This document shows positions 49,567 through 55,392 of a stretch of 55,392 nucleotides of DNA, in pieces; the stretch's first letter is position 1; each line of letters starts with the position of its first letter. Position numbers and translations under genes: made by a program. Under the pieces are notes generated by a model, which was not told where the DNA came from, did not search any database, and worked only from the letters and a program-made list of their open reading frames with translations. This DNA comes from a virus (Duplodnaviria; Caudoviricetes), in the IMG/VR virus record IMGVR_UViG_3300035701_004790, positions 1 to 55,392 of that record. One strand, 5' to 3'.

Positions 49567-49594
49567 AAAAAAAATAACCACACATGGTGGTTAT
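49567..49594 (-). terminator. Intrinsic terminator overlapping the chaperone-extension stop codon
   Basis: ATAACCAC/GTGGTTAT stem, 5-nt loop, then a T-tract on the minus strand. A GTATTTAT motif follows at 49556-49563. Confidence 0.65.
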
Positions 49595-49788
49595 CTTCTT
49601 TTTTTACTGAACCCTGATCCAGCACTGTTTTTACGGTTTGCTTTATCTATTTGTTCTTTTTGCTTTTCAAATTCATCATTCAGTTTATATAAATAATATC
49701 TTCTTTTCCACGTTGGCATTAATGCTACTTCATTTATCGAGCCAATTTGTCCGTGTCTACTCAAATAATACACCTCATCGGTGATCAT
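49591..49788 (-). CDS. C-terminal extension of the tail assembly chaperone (-1 frame; lambda gpT-like)
   Basis: The frame is open back to the T9 run at 49819-49827. The MPTWKRRYYL motif resembles chaperone extensions. Confidence 0.7.
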   Translation of the reverse strand: MITDEVYYLSRHGQIGSINEVALMPTWKRRYYLYKLNDEFEKQKEQIDKANRKNSAGSGFSKKRR

Positions 49789-49805
49789 TCTTTTGTATCT
49801 ATCCG

Positions 49806-50822
49806 CTAAATGAAGGGGAAAAAAAAATCTATGCCCACTGAAATTTTGGCCTTAAATTTATATCCATCATTGGCAGTAAATTCATAATTCATATCAACGT
49901 CAGGAGTAACTTCGGCAATTTTCTGTTTTAATAGTGAAGTATCTTTAGCTGGTAATGCATCAATAAATTGGACGATATAGTCTTTATTACGATTTCCACC
50001 AACTTCAACAACTTCTGCTTTTAATTTTAATGACCCAAATTCACTATATGATGTAGCATATGCTTCTTGTTTTGCTTCTGCAGTTTTAAGAACATGATTG
50101 ATTTCCTTGTAATTAAGTATTTTAAATTTAACAAAGAGTTTTCTAACTGGGAGTTGAAAAGAGAATTCACCTCTATCATCAGGAGTGATTTTAATATCTT
50201 TAGCTTTTAATTTGGTTAAATCCACCTTATCACTAAATGCATTACCTGTTCTTGGATCAGAAACTCTAACCTCATATTCTTCTCCATAAGAAGATGCTCT
50301 TAAGAAGAGTAATATAGCGTTTCTATCACCAACCAATAATTCATCGGTATTAATATTAGGGGTTTTAAGTTTATTTTTAATAAGAATGTCCAGTACTGTT
50401 CCATTCTCAATAAGAGAGGATGTTGAAAGAATATCTTCATCTTTAGAAGTCATATATTCAACAGTAACCTCTGATATTTTATGAGGGTAATATAATCCTT
50501 TTGAGGGAAAGGGTATAATTTCATAACCTACAGTGAGATTAGGGTCAACATTAGCTTGTTGAGCATATGCTGTTTTTTCGAAATCTTGTGAAGTTTGAAA
50601 ACCACTCATATTAACTGTTTGAGGGGTTACTTGTTTAGATTCTATATGTTCTGGTGGTATTGTTGTTGTTATAGGTGGTGTTCCTTCACGATTAATACCA
50701 CGATTTATAGTATTATCATTGTCATTACCATTTCTATTTTCGTAGAATCTATTCATTGCATCTTTCAATGCTTTTTGTTCTACTGGATCAATGATCTCTT
50801 TTTTTGGTTTTTGTGCTCCCAT
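49806..50822 (-). CDS. Tail/baseplate assembly chaperone (T4 gp26-like, lambda gpG-equivalent), 338 aa
   Basis: PSKGLYY, MTSKDEDIL, LLVGDRNAILLFLR..SYG..Y, ending IDFFFP on a slippery site upstream of the tape measure. Confidence 0.75.
   Translation of the reverse strand: MGAQKPKKEIIDPVEQKALKDAMNRFYENRNGNDNDNTINRGINREGTPPITTTIPPEHIESKQVTPQTVNMSGFQTSQDFEKTAYAQQANVDPNLTVGYEIIPFPSKGLYYPHKISEVTVEYMTSKDEDILSTSSLIENGTVLDILIKNKLKTPNINTDELLVGDRNAILLFLRASSYGEEYEVRVSDPRTGNAFSDKVDLTKLKAKDIKITPDDRGEFSFQLPVRKLFVKFKILNYKEINHVLKTAEAKQEAYATSYSEFGSLKLKAEVVEVGGNRNKDYIVQFIDALPAKDTSLLKQKIAEVTPDVDMNYEFTANDGYKFKAKISVGIDFFFPFI
49815..49827 (-). other. Programmed -1 ribosomal frameshift site
   Basis: GAT TTT TTT TTC CCC; a -1 slip gives ...DFFF-PLHLADRYKR-MITDEV... 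with no intervening stop. Confidence 0.75.
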
Positions 50823-50956
50823 AGTTATAATTTTTTATTAAGATTTATAAATAAATACAGTTACGAAAATAAATTGAAGAAAAATTCAAGATTTGTCATA
50901 GATTCTTGTATAAGGTAATAGGGAATATATTTTAATTTTAACATAGATGAAATTTA

Positions 50957-51712
50957 ATGAGTAAAATCAAAAGCAAGAAAAAAATTGAAATTAATGAAGT
51001 TTCAAAAAACGATATTAATGAAAGAGAAAAGGATAGAATTAGTAGTATTATTAGTGAGAAGGTAGTATTAAAAGCTAAAAATGATAGTCAAATACGACTT
51101 ATAAAGTCAATTAAAGAGAATCAAATAACCATTTGTAATGGTGTTGCTGGTTCAGGAAAGACAATATGTTCCATTTTTATGGCTTTAGCTTTATTAAAAG
51201 ATAGAGAAAATAGTTACCAAAAGATTTATTTAGTTAAATCAGTAACAACGCTAAAAGGTGAGGAAGTAGGATTTTTGAAGGGTGATTTAAGGGAAAAGAT
51301 TGATCCTTTCATGGAAAGTTTTAAAAATAATGCAAACAAATTATTTCATAATACGAATGTTGCTGCATTATTCGAGAGTAGCATTATAAAGTTTTTACCT
51401 CTTGCATATATCAGAGGAACAAACTTAGATAATTGCATTGTTATTTTAGATGAGATACAAAACGTATCAATTGATAATGCTAGAACATTATTAACTCGTA
51501 TTGGAGAAGATTGTAAGATTATTTGTTTGGGTGATGCTCATCAAATTGATTTAAAAAATAAGAAAGATAGTTCATTGGATGTTGTTTTAGAAATATTTAA
51601 AGACGTTCCAGATATGGGATGTGTTGAAATGGATATTAATGATGTTAATTGTAGAAATCCAATTATTAAAATAATTGAAGAAAAGTTTAAATCTTATAAA
51701 AGTAATGGTTGA
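50957..51712 (+). CDS. phoH: PhoH-family ATPase
   Basis: GVAGSGKT, GFLKGDLREKIDP, PLAYIRG, ILDEIQN, LLTRIG, GDAHQID, RNPII. Confidence 0.92.
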   Translation: MSKIKSKKKIEINEVSKNDINEREKDRISSIISEKVVLKAKNDSQIRLIKSIKENQITICNGVAGSGKTICSIFMALALLKDRENSYQKIYLVKSVTTLKGEEVGFLKGDLREKIDPFMESFKNNANKLFHNTNVAALFESSIIKFLPLAYIRGTNLDNCIVILDEIQNVSIDNARTLLTRIGEDCKIICLGDAHQIDLKNKKDSSLDVVLEIFKDVPDMGCVEMDINDVNCRNPIIKIIEEKFKSYKSNG

Positions 51713-52097
51713 TGATAACGATTATAAAAGAAGGTATGAAGAGGTAAACAAAAAAATATCTGATCCTGCAATATCTAGTAAGATTGATAAATATCTACAG
51801 AAAATTGCAAAATTGGTTGATTGTGATGTTGAATTGAACTTTACTATAGTACCTCATATTGATGATTATAGTGAATTTCAAGAATCTGAAAATTTTGCGA
51901 TTCCAGAATACTCAACAATGAAATTGGATGATTTTATAAATCATTTGCAAAAAGAACATGATAAAAATTTTGATGTATATTTTGATCCAATCTATTTAAA
52001 AGCTGGAGTAAACGAAATAGTTGACGTATTAATGACTACAATAGATAAGAAAGTTATTATAGTACCAATATCAAATAATAAGAAAATAAACCCTTAA
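51705..52097 (+). CDS. Hypothetical protein
   Basis: Intact ORF; ATG 51705 (MVDDNDY), which overlaps the end of phoH, is preferred over the upstream TTG. Confidence 0.55.
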   Translation: MVDDNDYKRRYEEVNKKISDPAISSKIDKYLQKIAKLVDCDVELNFTIVPHIDDYSEFQESENFAIPEYSTMKLDDFINHLQKEHDKNFDVYFDPIYLKAGVNEIVDVLMTTIDKKVIIVPISNNKKINP

Positions 52098-52102
52098 ATA
52101 AA

Positions 52103-52822
52103 ATGACAAAAAAAGTTTTGGCAATTGATCTTGATGAAGTAATTAGAAGCAAATGGTTGCAATTTGATAGATTTTATGCACAGGAATTTACCGAAGAAGG
52201 AATTAAGACTCCTTTTGATACATACGATTTACGCAATCACTATCAATTCAATGAAAGCATTGAAACAGTCAATTATCTCAACGATGATTTACCTGATGAT
52301 ATATCTCCAACAGAATATATCATAGATAAAGAAACTGGAGTTGCCCCTGTAGATCATTTGGCTTTTAGAAAGAAAGACGAAAAAATGACTGCAGATGAAG
52401 CATTTAATAAATTTTTATATCAAGATTTTTTAGTTGAAATTTTTAGTAGTGCACCTGTGCTATATAGAGGTCTTGATCTTGATCTAAGAAAATTCAAATT
52501 AGCTTTCGAAAAAGACATTGATATATTGCTTTTTTCTTGTGAGAAAAACGAAAGTATATCTCCAACACTATTTTTCATTTCTAAACTTCGTCCTATTATT
52601 AGAAAGTTTTATTTTCCTGAAACTCCAGAAGAAATTTGGAAAATCGCTGATATTGTGATAACAACAGACCCTAAAATTATAAAATCAAAACCATATTATG
52701 ATTTAAATCGTAAAGTCGTTGTTTTAAATAGACCACACAACGAAACTTTAGAAGGTGATCTAAAGACTATGAATTTCATTGATTTAGTCGAAAATGAGAC
52801 TTTTAAAGAAATGATTAAATAA
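52103..52822 (+). CDS. HAD-superfamily 5'(3')-deoxyribonucleotidase-like protein
   Basis: LAIDLDEVI (DxD motif I) and C-terminal NRPHN. Motif IV is degenerate (VITTDP), so activity is uncertain. Confidence 0.55.
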   Translation: MTKKVLAIDLDEVIRSKWLQFDRFYAQEFTEEGIKTPFDTYDLRNHYQFNESIETVNYLNDDLPDDISPTEYIIDKETGVAPVDHLAFRKKDEKMTADEAFNKFLYQDFLVEIFSSAPVLYRGLDLDLRKFKLAFEKDIDILLFSCEKNESISPTLFFISKLRPIIRKFYFPETPEEIWKIADIVITTDPKIIKSKPYYDLNRKVVVLNRPHNETLEGDLKTMNFIDLVENETFKEMIK

Positions 52823-52846
52823 CAATAATAAAAAATTTTAAATAGT

Positions 52847-54028
52847 ATGACACAAGAACAAATAATGACAGAAACATCAAATGGCGATAAGCTTAAAGTT
52901 TCAATTCAAAATTTAAAACAAAAAACAAATAAGATTATGTTTTTTGTTCCTGATCTAGGTGCGGTTCCTTCCGGTGCTGTATATGAAATATATTCACACG
53001 CAACGATTCTTAAATCATTAGGATATGACGTTAAGATATTGATTGAAACAGAGAAATCCACAATTCCTGAATTTATCGAGCCAGAACTGGTTAATTTCGA
53101 GCATATACCAATGGAAAATGCAAAATTAACAGTATCACCAGAAGACTTAATTGTTATTCCAGAAATTTTCACAAATGTTATGGAGCAAACTAAAACCCTT
53201 CCATGCCTTAGAGTGGTGTTATTGCAATCAATAGATAATGCATTGAGAGCATTATTGCCGGGGATTGATTGGAGTTCTTTTGGTATCACTCAAGTTATCA
53301 CTACAAGTAAATTACTTGAGTTATTTGTTAAAGAATTCTTTGTTTCAGCAAGATTTGATGTTCAATCATATCATGTTCCAGTACCTGATTATTTTCAAAA
53401 AAGAGTAGAAGTTAAAAGACCTGTAGTATCTGTTTTTGTTAGAAACGAAGGTGATCTTGAGAAAGTAATTAAATTATTTTATCAAAAATTCCCACAATTT
53501 AGATGGATAACTTTTGAACCTATGCAAACGGATTCAAAACCACCTAAATTTTTAAGAAGAAGAGATTTTGCCGATAAGCTCGATAAAAACTTTGCAGCTA
53601 TATGGATTGATAGACTAGCATCACACGCACAATTTCCTTTGGAGTGTATGAGAGTTGGTACTATTCCAATTTGTTTGAAACCAGATATTACACCTGAGTA
53701 TATCATTAAAGATGATAATTATATTCAAAATTCTGGTGTTTGGTCTTCGGATTTATATGCACTACCAGCATTGCTTGCCGATACACTTAGAAAATTTTTA
53801 GATGATGAGATTCCTCAAGAACTTTTTGATACTATGGATTCTATTTCTTCTAATTACACTTCAACTATGGCTAAAGAACAATTGACAACTATCTATAATA
53901 AAATATTTACAGAAAGATTGGAATTGTTTGAAAAAACATTAGAAAGTTTGAATGAAAATTCTGAGGTAGATGGTTCTATAAAACCAACAGAACAAGCGGA
54001 ATCAATGACAGAGCAATTACTTAATTAA
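52847..54028 (+). CDS. GT-B-like glycosyltransferase
   Basis: PSGAVYEIY.HA..L..LGY, DLIVIPEIF and SHAQFPLECM..G (degenerate ExFGxPxxE). Confidence 0.6.
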   Translation: MTQEQIMTETSNGDKLKVSIQNLKQKTNKIMFFVPDLGAVPSGAVYEIYSHATILKSLGYDVKILIETEKSTIPEFIEPELVNFEHIPMENAKLTVSPEDLIVIPEIFTNVMEQTKTLPCLRVVLLQSIDNALRALLPGIDWSSFGITQVITTSKLLELFVKEFFVSARFDVQSYHVPVPDYFQKRVEVKRPVVSVFVRNEGDLEKVIKLFYQKFPQFRWITFEPMQTDSKPPKFLRRRDFADKLDKNFAAIWIDRLASHAQFPLECMRVGTIPICLKPDITPEYIIKDDNYIQNSGVWSSDLYALPALLADTLRKFLDDEIPQELFDTMDSISSNYTSTMAKEQLTTIYNKIFTERLELFEKTLESLNENSEVDGSIKPTEQAESMTEQLLN

Positions 54029-54042
54029 TAAATTTTAATACA

Positions 54043-54906
54043 ATGACAAATATTACAATAATACTTCCAGTACACGAATTTGGTGATGTAGTTGGTGGCT
54101 ATTTAAAAAAAGCGTTCACTTCAATAAAATCGCAAAAAGGTCTAACGACACTTCCTTCAATTATATTAGTTTATACTCATTTTGCTGAACAGAATGGTTT
54201 ATTAGATTTTATAAAAGAGTTTACAGAACCTGTTGAACCAACCGATCCTGTACTTCAAATTAATACAGTTAAAAATGAAGGAAAAACAGATTTCTGTTCT
54301 CAAATTAATTTGGGGGTAAAAAATACGACCACAGATTATTTTTCAATTCTTGAATATGATGATGAGTATAGCACAATCTATTTTACGAATGTTTTGAAAC
54401 ACTTTAAAGTATTTCCAGATGTTTCAATGTTTTTACCTTTCACTGTTGAAGTGGATGATAAAACAGGTAGTCTTGTACAAATAGTAAATCAAACAATTTG
54501 GTCAAAGGGATATGTTGGTGAAAATGGTGTATTAGGATTTTTAAATACTAGATCGTTAAATGATTATTCATTTTATACTTTAGGCGGTGCTGTTATAAAA
54601 AAATCTGATTTTGACGGTGTTGGTGGTCTTAAAGCAAACATTAAATTGTCATTCACATATGAATTTATTTTAAGATTTTTAGAAAATGGAAATAAAGTAT
54701 ATTCTATTGCAAAATTTGGATACAAACATACTATTAATCGTTTAGGTAGTTTATTTTCAAATTTTGGTGTAACGATGCCCATGAAAGAAAGAAAATTCTG
54801 GTTTGAAGTTGCAAAAAGAGAGTCACATTTTATTAATGATAGATATATAGACCAATCTTCGCTTATAGAGCCAGTACCAGAAGTATCTACAGAATCTGTT
54901 GCATAA
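54043..54906 (+). CDS. GT2-family glycosyltransferase
   Basis: ITIILPVH, QINLGV, YFSILEYDD, GAVIKK..F..VGG, YEFILR. Confidence 0.75.
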   Translation: MTNITIILPVHEFGDVVGGYLKKAFTSIKSQKGLTTLPSIILVYTHFAEQNGLLDFIKEFTEPVEPTDPVLQINTVKNEGKTDFCSQINLGVKNTTTDYFSILEYDDEYSTIYFTNVLKHFKVFPDVSMFLPFTVEVDDKTGSLVQIVNQTIWSKGYVGENGVLGFLNTRSLNDYSFYTLGGAVIKKSDFDGVGGLKANIKLSFTYEFILRFLENGNKVYSIAKFGYKHTINRLGSLFSNFGVTMPMKERKFWFEVAKRESHFINDRYIDQSSLIEPVPEVSTESVA

Positions 54907-54932
54907 CCTTACTTAATGATGCATTTCTGTTT

Positions 54933-55392
54933 ATGGGAAAAAGAAAAAAAGGTGAAGGAAAGGAACCTTATTTTGGAAATCGTGAAGAACAAGCTTTAAT
55001 AGATTATATTAAAACGGATTCAACTGAATTACGTCATAGATTATATAATGAGATTTTAAGTAATCCATTTAAAATAATGACTGAATCCATATTAAGACGT
55101 TATCCAATAAATATTGGAAATTATGATATGTTGGAAGTTGAGTTAAATGCACTATCCCACTTAATAGAAAAAATGATTGGTTTTAAAGAAAATACATTGA
55201 ATAAGGCAGGAATGAAAGTTAAGGCATTTAGTTATTGTCAAACAATAGTAAGAAATTTTTATAAAGATTGGAGTAAAAAAAGTTCTCACGAAAAAATAAC
55301 TAATTTAACTTTCGAAGATTATCATGAGGAAGTTGAAAGAAATTCAGAGTATAGTTATGAGATTGATAATGCCGATGATCAAGATTTAAAAG
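54933..55392 (+). CDS. Phage sigma-like late transcription factor (T4 gp55-like), 3' end runs off the window
   Basis: Not in the ORF track. ATG 54933 reads MGKRKKGEGKEPYFGNREEQALIDY...KAFSYCQTIVRN, resembling the sigma region-2 / gp55 AY.T.I..N motif. Confidence 0.55.
   Translation, partial: MGKRKKGEGKEPYFGNREEQALIDYIKTDSTELRHRLYNEILSNPFKIMTESILRRYPINIGNYDMLEVELNALSHLIEKMIGFKENTLNKAGMKVKAFSYCQTIVRNFYKDWSKKSSHEKITNLTFEDYHEEVERNSEYSYEIDNADDQDLK

Noticed and set aside
1-55392. Stop-codon reassignment as in some large phages
   Set aside because: Genes are full-length in code 11, and TAG, TGA and TAA all end genes at sensible boundaries.

Overview
AT-rich, gene-dense segment of a large myovirus-type (T4-like/jumbo) phage genome in the standard genetic code. 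The host is most likely in Bacteroidota, judging by TTG-N19/20-TAnnTTTG-type promoters and A-rich start contexts without Shine-Dalgarno sequences. Positions 1-50822 are almost all transcribed on the minus strand. They hold (i) a fibre/virion-surface block with two tandem delta-60 beta-propeller paralogues and three Gly/Ser/Thr-rich proteins; (ii) a ~730-nt GOLLD-like giant RNA fused to a degenerate tRNA, behind a host-type promoter and boxA; (iii) a replication module (class II RNR, DnaB/gp41-like helicase, 5'-3' exonuclease, RecA/UvsX, gp32-like SSB); (iv) a 16-gene sugar-synthesis/glycosyltransferase/methyltransferase cluster directly downstream of baseplate genes; and (v) tube-initiator, tape measure and a tail chaperone with a -1 frameshift site. 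A second, unrecognised ~265-nt structured element with its own promoter lies antisense between the tape-measure and baseplate genes. From 50957 the genes are on the plus strand: PhoH, a HAD-like protein, two more glycosyltransferases and a partial gp55-like sigma factor. The best candidates for new biology are a phage-encoded virion glycosylation system with a possible [S/T]-G-x-[T/S] acceptor motif, the unassigned RNA at 46.6 kb, and the GOLLD-like RNA with a tRNA-like 3' tag. All family calls come from reading motifs by eye; no searches were run.
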